Assembly: GCA_020852515.1 (NCBI GenBank)
Contig: JADZAS010000030.1
Location: 222,031 to 286,030 of the forward strand
From: Phycisphaerales bacterium
GTDB lineage: Bacteria > Planctomycetota > Phycisphaerae > Phycisphaerales > UBA5793
Direction of reading: 5' to 3'
Length of the DNA: 64,000 nucleotides
The number at the start of each line of letters is the position of its first letter. Position 1 is the first letter of the stretch. Below the pieces are notes generated by a model. The model was given only the letters and a program-made list of their open reading frames with translations. It was not told the origin of the DNA and did no database searches. The translations under genes and the position numbers were made by a program. Below, piece by piece: positions 55,650-64,000 of this stretch.

Positions 55650-56201
55650 ATGCATGATGATGTCGATCGGGTGCTGTTCAGCCGGGATGCGATCGCCGCG
55701 CGCGTGGCCGAACTGGGCCAGGCGATTGCCGACGACCTCGATGTGCTGGCGAACCATCCGACGGAGGTCATGCTCGTGCCGGTGCTGACAGGCTCGATGG
55801 TGTTCGTGGCCGATCTGATTCGCCACCTGCCGCACAAACTGCGAATCGGGGTGATGAGCGTGAGCAGCTATCCGGGCCGATCGATTGAGAGCAAAGGCGC
55901 ACTCATTCGCAGCGGGCTGCCCGAAGACCTCGCCGGCAAGCACGTGCTCATCGTCGATGACATCCTCGACACGGGGCAGACGCTCACGCTCGTGCGCGAC
56001 ATCATCGCGGAGCAGCGCCCCGCCGAGGTGCGCACGTGCGTGCTGCTGCGCAAGGACCGGGAGCAGGCCCGCTCGTTCCCCGTCGATTACGTCGGCTTTG
56101 ACATTCCCGACGAGTTCGTGGTGGGCTACGGCCTGGACTACAACGACTATTACCGCAACCTGCCCGATATCGTGACCCTTCGTCCCGAGGCGCTGCGATG
56201 A
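55650..56201 (+). CDS. hpt: hypoxanthine phosphoribosyltransferase
   Basis: PRPP-binding motif VLIVDDILDTGQTL and C-terminal GYGLDYNDYYRNLP. ATG 55629 is an alternative start. Confidence 0.9.
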   Translation: MHDDVDRVLFSRDAIAARVAELGQAIADDLDVLANHPTEVMLVPVLTGSMVFVADLIRHLPHKLRIGVMSVSSYPGRSIESKGALIRSGLPEDLAGKHVLIVDDILDTGQTLTLVRDIIAEQRPAEVRTCVLLRKDREQARSFPVDYVGFDIPDEFVVGYGLDYNDYYRNLPDIVTLRPEALR

Positions 56202-56857
56202 CGTCCCGCCCCAATGACGAAACCGACCGCGCGCGGCGAACCGGGAAATCCGGGGCTCAGCGCGGCGGCGTCGGCGCGGCGCCACCGGCGGCCTACGCCG
56301 CGGGCGGCGAGGCCGTGGATGGCATCACGCGGCCGGTGGCCCAGGCGCGCGCGGCGCTGCCGGCCGACCTGCTCGGTGATGACGAGATCATCATCATGTG
56401 GCTCAAGCCCAGCCCGCTGTACATCATCCTCGCTTCGCTGGGCAGCCTGGTGCTCATCGCCGCGCTCACGCTGCTGCTGGCGTACCTGTCGAAGATCTCG
56501 CCGCTGCCCAATGCCGCGTGGTCGGATCGCGATGCGTTCCTGTTCGGCGCGACGGTCGCCCTCGTCCGCCTCGGCTGGCAGGCGGCGGAGTGGTGGAACC
56601 AGACCTACGTCCTGACCGACCGGCGCATCATCGCCGTGTATGGCGTGCTCCGTCGGGCTTACTTCCACGCCCCCCTCCAGCAGATCCAGCACATCGCGGT
56701 CATTCAGACCATCCGCGAGCGCGTCTTCGGCCTGGGGACGCTGGCGTTTGCCACCGCAGGCAGCGACCGCTACGACGCGGCGTGGCTGAGCCTGGCCGGT
56801 CCGTTTGGGGTGTACAAGCAGGTCAACCGGACGATCGACCGTTATGTGCGGCGCTGA
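56198..56857 (+). CDS. membrane protein with bacterial PH (bPH_2/YdbS-like) domain
   Basis: Two TM segments followed by WWNQTYVLTDRRIIAVYGVLRRAYFHAPLQQIQHIAVIQTIRERVFGLGTLAF. The start overlaps the hpt stop (ATGA). Confidence 0.75.
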   Translation: MTSRPNDETDRARRTGKSGAQRGGVGAAPPAAYAAGGEAVDGITRPVAQARAALPADLLGDDEIIIMWLKPSPLYIILASLGSLVLIAALTLLLAYLSKISPLPNAAWSDRDAFLFGATVALVRLGWQAAEWWNQTYVLTDRRIIAVYGVLRRAYFHAPLQQIQHIAVIQTIRERVFGLGTLAFATAGSDRYDAAWLSLAGPFGVYKQVNRTIDRYVRR

Positions 56858-56860
56858 ACA

Positions 56861-56895
56861 CGAAAAAGCCGTCGGCTTGCGCCGACGGCTCTGGG
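56861..56895. terminator. bidirectional intrinsic terminator between convergent genes
   Basis: AGCCGTCGGC-ttgc-GCCGACGGCT forms a perfect 10-bp stem. GAAAA lies on the left (a U-run for the minus strand) and CTGGGGTTCTCGTT on the right. Confidence 0.6.
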
Positions 56896-56941
56896 GTTCT
56901 CGTTCGATGCCTCGGTGTCGGCATGCCTCGATGCGTGCGCC

Positions 56942-57967
56942 TCACGACCCGCCGTACTGGACGATGTCATCGAAGCGCTTGAGATCGACGTCGCTCCAGC
57001 GGCCGTTCTGCTGGGGGCTTTCGACCTGCTGCTTGTCGAAGTAGATGTTGTCCTTGCCGGCTGACATGATGACGTAGCCGCCGCGCGGCGTGGAATCGAG
57101 CGTGGGATGACCGGCGATGGCCTGACAGAGTTCGCGGGCCGGTCCGCCGCCGATCGATGACGCCGTTTCGGCGAGATAGCTGCGGTCGCGCTGGTTCACA
57201 GGCGTGCCGCCGCTGCGGCCAACGACCAGGGCCGGGGCGCTGGTGTAACTCTGGAACGAGGAGTAGTAATACGGGGCGGCCTGACTGGTGTTGCCCGCCT
57301 GGGCCTTGAAGGCGACGACCGCGGGCCGGCCGCCAATGTCACGCAGGCCCTTGGGCTTGGAGCCGCTGTTAGCCCAGAGAATGATCGGCGCGCCAAAGGC
57401 ATCGATGAGATCGGGCAGAGCGCGGTCGCCTTCCTGCGGCAGGTTGTTGGTCACGTCTTCCTGCCCGCCCGAGCCGGCCGTCTGGCCGTTGACGTAATAG
57501 AGGTCGCGCGGATTGGGTTTGAAGTAGGAATCGTACTTCGTGCCGCCGATGGTGGGCCCGAGGCCGATGTCATCGCGCCAGATGTCGATACCGGCGAGTT
57601 GGAAGGTGTCGTCACCGTTGGAGTTCATCCCGCCCATGAGCTCGAGCATGGCATTTTCGGTGCCGCTCAGTTCGCTGTAGTTGTTGTTGTCGCTCGAGAG
57701 TTCGCGCTCGCTCAAGGCGCCGGGCTGGCGGTTGTGGGTGAGGACGAAACTGTCCACCGCGTCGCCGAGATTCTTCATCAGGGCCCGCGTCTGCGTCACC
57801 TTGCCCTGCAGGCGCACCGCCGCCAGCGCAGGCAGCAGCAGGCCGACGAGCAGGGCAATGATGCCGATGACCACCAGCAGTTCGATGAGCGTGAAGCCGC
57901 GGGGCGCACGCGCGACGGGTCGGCGGCTTCGGGCCGGGAAACGGCGGGAGGTGGTGGAGGTGAACAT
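56942..57967 (-). CDS. prepilin-type N-terminal cleavage/methylation domain protein (type II secretion pseudopilin/GspG-like)
   Basis: [29 protein letters not shown] and a C-terminal IMSAGKDNIYF. ATG 57967 has GGAAAGGA 8 nt upstream; GTG 57973 is an alternative start. Confidence 0.8.
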   Translation of the reverse strand: MFTSTTSRRFPARSRRPVARAPRGFTLIELLVVIGIIALLVGLLLPALAAVRLQGKVTQTRALMKNLGDAVDSFVLTHNRQPGALSERELSSDNNNYSELSGTENAMLELMGGMNSNGDDTFQLAGIDIWRDDIGLGPTIGGTKYDSYFKPNPRDLYYVNGQTAGSGGQEDVTNNLPQEGDRALPDLIDAFGAPIILWANSGSKPKGLRDIGGRPAVVAFKAQAGNTSQAAPYYYSSFQSYTSAPALVVGRSGGTPVNQRDRSYLAETASSIGGGPARELCQAIAGHPTLDSTPRGGYVIMSAGKDNIYFDKQQVESPQQNGRWSDVDLKRFDDIVQYGGS

Positions 57968-58190
57968 GATCACGGTCCTTTCCGCGGGTGCGTAACAGCC
58001 TGTCTCAACCGGAGATCGATAGGATCACCGGCGCGGCCGCGGCCCGGACCATTGAATGGGTGCCCCGGAGCGGCGGCCATGATCAGCGCGCACGCCGCCC
58101 GCTCATCCGTACCCATAATTTACCACAGGATGCCCCGCGCGGCTCGGGAAAAGTTGCAAAATCGCGCAAAATCCCTTTGGGCGCCGCGCC

Positions 58191-58535
58191 TCAGCCGCCC
58201 GGACGCTGCCAAGCCGTGTCCGGGTCCTTCTCCATCGCCCCGGCGGCCATCTCGATGCACCGGCGGCAGATGCGCACTGCCCCGTCCAGCGGGCTCTCCC
58301 ACTGCGGCTCATCGCGCTCCTCCAGGCACATGCGGCACCTGAGTCCAGCCACCTCCCCCACCCCGCCGCCCGCCAGCACGACTTCAGCGTACGCCACCGA
58401 CACGCACCGGCCGCAGATCACGCTGCCCTCGTGCCCCTCGACCAGCGGCAGGTCCGCCGTCCATGCTGCGTGGCAGAAGTCGCACAGCACGTCGGACATC
58501 TGCACGTTCTCAGGATCGGTGCCGGGTCGGTACAT
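58191..58535 (-). CDS. stand-alone protein with two ClpX-type C4 zinc ribbons
   Basis: CDFC-N19-CGRC and CRMC-N19-CRRC have the same spacing as the ClpX N-terminus in this window (CSFC-N19-CSNC) and share P-VEG. Start taken at MYRPG (ATG 58535), 13 nt after the upstream stop. Confidence 0.65.
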   Translation of the reverse strand: MYRPGTDPENVQMSDVLCDFCHAAWTADLPLVEGHEGSVICGRCVSVAYAEVVLAGGGVGEVAGLRCRMCLEERDEPQWESPLDGAVRICRRCIEMAAGAMEKDPDTAWQRPGG

Positions 58536-58548
58536 CGGAGGGCTCGAT

Positions 58549-59424
58549 TCAGGCGCTGACCGGCGCCGACGCGGGCGCCAATTCATCTTCGGGCACGTAC
58601 GGCGTGTGCCGGCGGCGGCGGCGCGGCGTGGGCTCGGGCACGGCCGCGAGCAGCGTCTGCGTGTAGGGGTGCTGGGGGTTCGCGTAGATGGCCTCGCGGT
58701 CGCTCATTTCGACGATCCGGCCGCGGAACATCACTGCCACGCGATCGCAGATGTGCTGCACGACGGCCATGTCGTGGCTGATGAACAGGTACGACAGGCC
58801 CATGTCGCGCTGCAGGTCCTTGAGCAGGTTGAGAATCTGGCTCTGGATAGAGACGTCCAGAGCCGAAGTCGGCTCGTCGCAGATGATGAGTTTGGGATGC
58901 AGGGCCAGGGCCCGCGCGATGCCGATGCGCTGCCGCTGACCGCCGGAGAACTCGTGCGGATAGCGGTCAGCGGCGCTGCTCGGCAGGCCGACGCGGTCGA
59001 GCAGCTGCTCGACCTGCTTGCGCAGTTCGGCGCCGCGGGCCAGGCCGTGCACTTCGATGGGCTCGCCCACGATGCGGCCGACGCGCAGCCGGGCATTGAG
59101 CGACCCGGCCGGATCCTGGAAGATGATCTGCATCTCGCGGCGCAGCGGCTGCATCTCGCGGCGGCTGAGTTTGAGCACGTCGCGGTTCTTGTAGAGGACC
59201 TGGCCGCTGGTGGCAGGAATGAGGCGGAGGATGGTCCGGCCGACGGTGGTCTTGCCGCAGCCGGACTCGCCCACCAGCCCCAGCGTCTCGCCGGGCGCGA
59301 TGGTGAATGACACGCCGTCCACGGCTTTGACCCAGCCGGTCGTGCGCTGCAGCACGCCGCTGTGCACGGGGAAGTGGGTGTGCAGGTCGCGGACGTCGAG
59401 CAGAGGCGGCGCGTGGGCAGTCAT
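58549..59424 (-). CDS. ABC transporter ATP-binding protein, oligopeptide/dipeptide (OppF/DppF-like) type
   Basis: Walker A GESGCGKTT, signature FSGGQRQRIGIARAL, and a C-terminal HPYTQTLLAAVP segment. No permease, partner ATPase or binding protein is nearby. Confidence 0.88.
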   Translation of the reverse strand: MTAHAPPLLDVRDLHTHFPVHSGVLQRTTGWVKAVDGVSFTIAPGETLGLVGESGCGKTTVGRTILRLIPATSGQVLYKNRDVLKLSRREMQPLRREMQIIFQDPAGSLNARLRVGRIVGEPIEVHGLARGAELRKQVEQLLDRVGLPSSAADRYPHEFSGGQRQRIGIARALALHPKLIICDEPTSALDVSIQSQILNLLKDLQRDMGLSYLFISHDMAVVQHICDRVAVMFRGRIVEMSDREAIYANPQHPYTQTLLAAVPEPTPRRRRRHTPYVPEDELAPASAPVSA

Positions 59425-59495
59425 CCGTGAAGGTTAGGCGGCGCGTGGCGGAGCGGGCGCGAGCCACGCCCTCTGCATGAGATCGATCGGCGGAC

Positions 59496-59524
59496 CTGAC
59501 GCGACATTCAGACGCTGTTACACT
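59496..59524 (+). promoter_or_regulatory. extended -10 promoter candidate placing the transcription start at or next to the ATG (leaderless mRNA candidate)
   Basis: CTGACG (59496-59501), a 17-nt spacer including TG, then TACACT (59519-59524). The ATG is at 59533 with no SD in between. Confidence 0.3.
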
Positions 59525-59532
59525 TTCCGCTC

Positions 59533-60714
59533 ATGATTGACGCTCGAACTCGGCGGCAGCATCTTCGGTGGGCATTGCAGCTCACCAGCATTCCCACGGC
59601 GGCGGCGCGCGAGCATCGCGTCATCAACTGGATCAACGACTGGCTCGGGGACCGGCCCAATCTCACGCTCCGCCGCGACAAGGCCGGCAACATGCTCATC
59701 AGCCGCAAGGGCGCCCGGCGCGGCGGGCGGCCGCTGCTGATCACGGCCCATCTCGATCACCCCGCGTTTGTCATCAAGAAGGTGCGCGACAGCCGCACGC
59801 TGCAAGCCGAGTTTCGCGGCGGCGTGCGGCCGCCGTACTTCCGCAAGGCCAAGGTGCTCGTCTACGACGCAAGCGACGCGGCCCATCGCGGCACGGTGAT
59901 TGAACACGGCAAAGGAAAGCTCTTCGACGAAGTCGTCATCCGCCTGAACGAGGCGACCGATGCGGTGCAGGTCGACGACCTCGCCACGTGGGACCTCAAA
60001 CCCGCGCGGGTGCGCAAGGGCCTCATCGAGGCGCCGGCGTGCGACGATCTGATGGGCGTGGCGGCGGCGCTCTCGGCCATGGACGTGCTGCGCCAGAGCC
60101 GCGGCGCCGGCGACGTGCGGGTGCTGCTGACTCGATCAGAAGAGATCGGCTTCATCGGCGCGATCGCGGCATCGCAGAGCGGGCTCATCCCCAGGCGGGC
60201 CAAGGTGATTGCGCTGGAGAACTCTCGGAGCTTTGCCGACAGCCCCATCGGCGGCGGGCCGATCCTGCGGGTGGGCGATCGGATCAGCATCTTTCACCAC
60301 GGCCTGGCGTTTGAGACGGCGCGGGTGGCGATGGAGATGGAGAAGCGCCGCGGCGGTTTCAAGTGGCAGCGGAGGCTCATGCCCGGCGGCGCCTGCGAGG
60401 CGACGACGTTTCAGGCCTACGGGTATGAGGCCATCTGCCTGTGCCTGCCGCTTGGCAACTACCACAACATGGCCAACCTTGCCGAGGTCATCGAGGGGAA
60501 AAAAGGCGCCAAAGCCCTGATCGCAGCGGAGTTTGTGAGCCAGGCGGATTATCATGGGCTGGTCGACTGGCTCGTGGAGTGTGGCCGGGTGCTCACCGGG
60601 CCGGCCCGGCGCGGGCGGACGGATGCCGACGGAGCGGCTGCAATTCGCCAGATGATGGAAAAGATTGAACGGACCAAGGGTTATGTGCTCAGGGAGGGAG
60701 CGGCCCTGATCTAG
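59533..60714 (+). CDS. clan MH (M42/M28-like) metallopeptidase family protein
   Basis: Metal-ligand-like strings in the order expected for M42/M28 enzymes: ITAHLDHPAF, ACDDLMGVAA, RSEEIGFIGA, PGGACEAT, GNYHNM. Confidence 0.65.
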   Translation: MIDARTRRQHLRWALQLTSIPTAAAREHRVINWINDWLGDRPNLTLRRDKAGNMLISRKGARRGGRPLLITAHLDHPAFVIKKVRDSRTLQAEFRGGVRPPYFRKAKVLVYDASDAAHRGTVIEHGKGKLFDEVVIRLNEATDAVQVDDLATWDLKPARVRKGLIEAPACDDLMGVAAALSAMDVLRQSRGAGDVRVLLTRSEEIGFIGAIAASQSGLIPRRAKVIALENSRSFADSPIGGGPILRVGDRISIFHHGLAFETARVAMEMEKRRGGFKWQRRLMPGGACEATTFQAYGYEAICLCLPLGNYHNMANLAEVIEGKKGAKALIAAEFVSQADYHGLVDWLVECGRVLTGPARRGRTDADGAAAIRQMMEKIERTKGYVLREGAALI

Positions 60715-60860
60715 ATTGGGGCAATATGCTGGAACCGCCGCAGCCGGCGGCGGCGTATAGAACCCTGTGAGTTGCGTGGACCGGACGCGGCCGATTGCCG
60801 ATGTTTTGCCCATTGAGGGTCCGCGTTGATCCTCGGTTCCCGGCCCGGCAACCACGGGGC

Positions 60861-62177
60861 ATGCAGTTGAGCGACTTGATGAGCCAGAGTCAGACCCAAC
60901 CATCGATGACCGATAAAGATCCCAGCGCGGCGAGCAATGTCGATACGCTGCTGGGGCGGATCGTCGTCGAGCAGGGTCTGGCCACCAGCCAGGAAGTCGC
61001 CCACTGCTTCGAGGTGCAGCGGCAGCAGTCCGACGCCAAAGAAGCCTCGCTCGCCGACCTGCTCCTCCAGAACAACTACGTCACGCTGCGCCAACTTGAC
61101 CGCCTCCGTCGCGAGGTCGAGGCGCAGAAGTCCACCCAGCAGATCCCGGGCTACTCGATCAAGAAGAAGCTGGGCGCGGGCGCGATGGCCAGCGTGTACC
61201 TCGCGCGGCAGATCAGCCTCGATCGCATGGTGGCGATCAAGGTGCTGCCCAAGAAGTACAACAGCAACGTCAATTTCATCGACCGCTTCTACAAAGAGGG
61301 CCGCGCCGCCGCCAAACTCAACCACCCCAACATCGTGCAAGCGTACGACGTGGGCAAGGCGGGCGAGTTCCACTACTTTGTGATGGAGTACGTCGAGGGC
61401 GGCACGGTCTACGACATCCTCACCAAGAAGGGCCGCATCCCCGAGAAGGACGCCATCGACATCATCCTCCAGATCGCCGATGCGCTCAACCACGCGCACG
61501 AAAAGGGCTTCGTGCACCGCGACGTCAAGCCCAAGAACATCATGTTCACCAAGGAAGGCGTGGCGAAACTTGCGGACATGGGCCTGGCCCGCGCGGTGTC
61601 GGATATCGAAGCGGCCAAGGAGGAAGAGGGCCGCGCCTTCGGCACGCCGTACTACATCAGCCCCGAGCAGATCCGGGGCGAAGTGAACATCGGCGCGCAG
61701 GCCGACATCTACTCGCTGGGCGCGATGTTCTACCACATGGTCACGGGGCAGGTGCCCTTCGACGGCGAGAATCCGACGGCGGTGATGCACAAGCACCTCA
61801 AGGCCGACCTCACGCCGCCTGATCACGTCAATCCCAAACTCTCCGCCGGCGTGTCGGAAGTCATCGAGATGATGATGGCCAAGAGCCGGCGCGAGCGGTA
61901 CCACAACTGCCGCGATCTCATCGAGGATCTGCGGCTGATTGCGGCCGGGGCCAAGCCGCGTCTCGCGCACAAGGAGATGGATCTCTCGGGCCTGACGGGC
62001 GGGACGATGATTCCGCCGGATCAGCTCGAGGACACGGGCGTGCTCGCCGCCCCGCAGCCCGTGGTGGGCAACGGCTCTTCGCCCTTCAGCCACCCGGCGG
62101 TGATGCTGCTTCTGATCCTGCTGGGAGTAAGTCTTCTGGGCAACGTGGTCATGCTGATCGTGAGCATGACGCGCTAG
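60861..62177 (+). CDS. Ser/Thr protein kinase with N-terminal T2SS-E-N/MshEN-like helical domain and C-terminal TM anchor
   Basis: Kinase motifs: ATP-site lysine VAIKVL, HRDVKPKNIM, DMGLA, YYISPEQ. N-terminus is LLGRIVVEQGLATSQEVAHCFEVQ...LADLLLQNNYVTLRQLDRL. C-terminus is VMLLLILLGVSLLGNVVMLIV. Start trimmed to ATG 60861. Confidence 0.88.
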   Translation: MQLSDLMSQSQTQPSMTDKDPSAASNVDTLLGRIVVEQGLATSQEVAHCFEVQRQQSDAKEASLADLLLQNNYVTLRQLDRLRREVEAQKSTQQIPGYSIKKKLGAGAMASVYLARQISLDRMVAIKVLPKKYNSNVNFIDRFYKEGRAAAKLNHPNIVQAYDVGKAGEFHYFVMEYVEGGTVYDILTKKGRIPEKDAIDIILQIADALNHAHEKGFVHRDVKPKNIMFTKEGVAKLADMGLARAVSDIEAAKEEEGRAFGTPYYISPEQIRGEVNIGAQADIYSLGAMFYHMVTGQVPFDGENPTAVMHKHLKADLTPPDHVNPKLSAGVSEVIEMMMAKSRRERYHNCRDLIEDLRLIAAGAKPRLAHKEMDLSGLTGGTMIPPDQLEDTGVLAAPQPVVGNGSSPFSHPAVMLLLILLGVSLLGNVVMLIVSMTR

Positions 62178-62315
62178 GCCGCGTTCAGGTCACCAACTGG
62201 TGGTGCATTGCTTGGCCCGGGCCTACACTCGGGGCTGTCGCCATTGCGTCCTTGCCTCATTTACCCAGCCGCCCGCCGGTTTGCAGCGTGGCGGCCTGTT
62301 TTCGCGGCCCATTCG

Positions 62316-63854
62316 ATGAGTTCGGTTTCGAGCCAATCTGATACAGCATCACTGTCGGCCCCGCCGATTTCGCCGCTGCGCGAACTGTTCGCGCTGGCAT
62401 GGCCGACGGTGTTGACGATGGCCAGTTACACGACGATGCAGTTCATCGACGCGGCGATGGTCAGCCGGCTCGGTCCGCTCGAACTGGCGGCGCAGGGCAA
62501 CGGCGGGCTGATCACCTTCGTGCCGCTCTCGTTTCTGATGGGCGTGCTCACGATGGTGAACACCTACGTGAGCCAGAACCTCGGCGCCGAGCGGCCGCGC
62601 GAAGCGCCGCGTTACGCCTGGGCCGCCATGTGGATGAGCCTCGTCGCGTGGCTGCTGCTGCTGCCCTACGGCCTGTCGCTGCCCCCCATCTTCACGAAGA
62701 TGGACCACTCGCCCGAACTCATTGCGCTCGAATCCGGCTACGGCCAGATTATGGTCTACGGCTGCTTCGCCATGCTCATGAGCCGCGGACTGAGCCACTT
62801 CTTCTACGGCCTGCACCGGCCCAAGGTCATCTTCGTCGCCACCGTCATCGGCAACGCGACCAACATCTTCGGCAACTGGGTGCTCATCTTCGGCCACCTC
62901 GGCGCGCCGCGGCTGGGCGTGAACGGCGCGGCGCTGGCCACCGTGCTGGGCACGGCCGTCGAACTGCTCATTCCGCTGGCGCTGTTCCTGGGCCCGAAGT
63001 TGAACGCCGAACTCGGCACGCGCGGCGCCTGGAGGCCACACCTGCGGACCATGCGTGAACTGTGGCGCGTCGGCTGGCCGCGCAGCCTCACGTTCGGCAA
63101 CGAGATGCTCTGCTGGGCCGTGTTCATGACGTACCTCATTGGAACATTCGGCGAGGCGCACAACACCGCCGGCTGGATCGTGCTGCGCTACATGCACCTG
63201 AGTTTCATGCCCGCCGTGGGCATTTCGGTGGCCGTCACGGCGATGGTCGGGCGCTACATCGGCGCCGGCAAGCCGGATATCGCCAACCAGCGAGCCTGGC
63301 TGGGCGTGCGCATGGCCGTGGCGTACATGGGCCTGTGCGCGCTGGCGTTTGTCATCTTCCGCCACCCGCTGGCGAACTTCCTCATTAAGCAGGATGACCC
63401 GGCGGCGGAAGAGATTCTGGCCATCGCTTCGCAACTGCTCATCTGCGCCGCGGTGTTCCAGGTCTTCGACGCCATGGCCATCTCGCTCTCGGGCGCTTTG
63501 AGCGGGGCGGGCGACACGGTGTGGACCGGCATCGTCACGATGATCACTTCGTGGACGCTCATCGTCGGCGGCGGGTTTGCGATGGTGCTCTGGGCGCCGC
63601 AGCTCAAGTCGCTCGGGCCGTGGCTGGGCGCTTCGGCCTACATCATCCTGCTCGGCCTCGCCTTCGTGTGGCGCTGGCGCAGCGGGTACTGGCGGACAAT
63701 CAAACTCCTCGACAGCGCCCCGGCCGATGCGCTGGCGGAGATCGACCCCGCAAGCGGTCCGCTGGCCGATCGCGTCATGGCCTCGACAGCGCCGACCATC
63801 GGCGGCGAACGGAAGCAGCCGGAGCCGGCGCCGGCGCCGGCCGCGGCGCCATGA
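62316..63854 (+). CDS. MATE-family efflux transporter
   Basis: RELFALAWPTVLTMASYTTMQFIDAAMVSRLG N-terminal pattern, 12 hydrophobic segments, and a Pro/Ala-rich tail. Start trimmed to ATG 62316. Confidence 0.85.
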   Translation: MSSVSSQSDTASLSAPPISPLRELFALAWPTVLTMASYTTMQFIDAAMVSRLGPLELAAQGNGGLITFVPLSFLMGVLTMVNTYVSQNLGAERPREAPRYAWAAMWMSLVAWLLLLPYGLSLPPIFTKMDHSPELIALESGYGQIMVYGCFAMLMSRGLSHFFYGLHRPKVIFVATVIGNATNIFGNWVLIFGHLGAPRLGVNGAALATVLGTAVELLIPLALFLGPKLNAELGTRGAWRPHLRTMRELWRVGWPRSLTFGNEMLCWAVFMTYLIGTFGEAHNTAGWIVLRYMHLSFMPAVGISVAVTAMVGRYIGAGKPDIANQRAWLGVRMAVAYMGLCALAFVIFRHPLANFLIKQDDPAAEEILAIASQLLICAAVFQVFDAMAISLSGALSGAGDTVWTGIVTMITSWTLIVGGGFAMVLWAPQLKSLGPWLGASAYIILLGLAFVWRWRSGYWRTIKLLDSAPADALAEIDPASGPLADRVMASTAPTIGGERKQPEPAPAPAAAP

Positions 63855-64000
63855 ACACGATCAGCGCACGGCAGGCGAAACGCATCGCTGTCGCGCTCGA
63901 GCAGTGGTTCGCAGCGCGGCAGCGCGATCTGCCGTGGCGACGCCGCACGCGCAGCATTCAACAGCGCGCCTATCGGTGCCTCGTGGCCGAGTACATGCTT
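63851..64000 (+). CDS. mutY: A/G-specific adenine DNA glycosylase, N-terminal 50 codons (3' end outside window)
   Basis: MNTISARQAKRIAVALEQWFAARQRDLPWRRRTRSIQQRAYRCLVAEYML matches the MutY N-terminal pattern L..W......R.LPWR.....YRvLVSEiML. The ATG overlaps the MATE stop (ATGA). Confidence 0.7.
   Translation, partial: MNTISARQAKRIAVALEQWFAARQRDLPWRRRTRSIQQRAYRCLVAEYML

Overview
This is a high-GC bacterial chromosomal window; hand counts of ordinary coding lines give about 65-68% GC. The gene content points to a Planctomycetota/PVC-type organism: a prepilin-like H-X9-DG protein, a giant FG-GAP/ASPIC protein, squalene-hopene cyclase, a PEP-CTERM tail, an Hc1-type histone-like protein, and many signal-peptide proteins of unknown function. 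I support about 48 protein-coding genes. Most are housekeeping or envelope genes: dnaN (3' part), glgP, dnaK, shc, tmk, ftsH, hutH, clpX, ileS, hpt, ada/ogt, PMM/PGM, an RND pump with its adaptor, a MATE exporter, two orphan ABC ATPases, a Ser/Thr kinase, and mutY (5' part). I found no rRNA, tRNA, CRISPR array, transposase, integrase or recognisable defence gene. Many listed ORFs carry spurious 5' extensions or are antisense shadows typical of GC-rich DNA. I trimmed starts to internal ATG/GTG codons preceded by Shine-Dalgarno-like sequences or giving canonical signal peptides. The observations most worth a second look are: (1) a terminator-insulated pair of paralogous small secreted 4-Cys proteins whose module also seems to end the neighbouring beta-propeller protein (42.1-45.0 kb); (2) a very methionine-rich exported protein beside a translationally coupled BamD-like/LptE-like pair and ftsH, with an unusual regulatory region (11.4-17.4 kb); (3) a PEP-CTERM protein gene split by a +1 frame change exactly at CTT-TGA (24.6-25.1 kb); (4) a stand-alone protein made of two ClpX-type zinc ribbons coupled to an orphan OppF-like ATPase (58.2-59.4 kb); (5) several short intergenic repeat and hairpin families. 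Nothing here can be called a new system from sequence alone. All functional ideas are hypotheses with stated tests.
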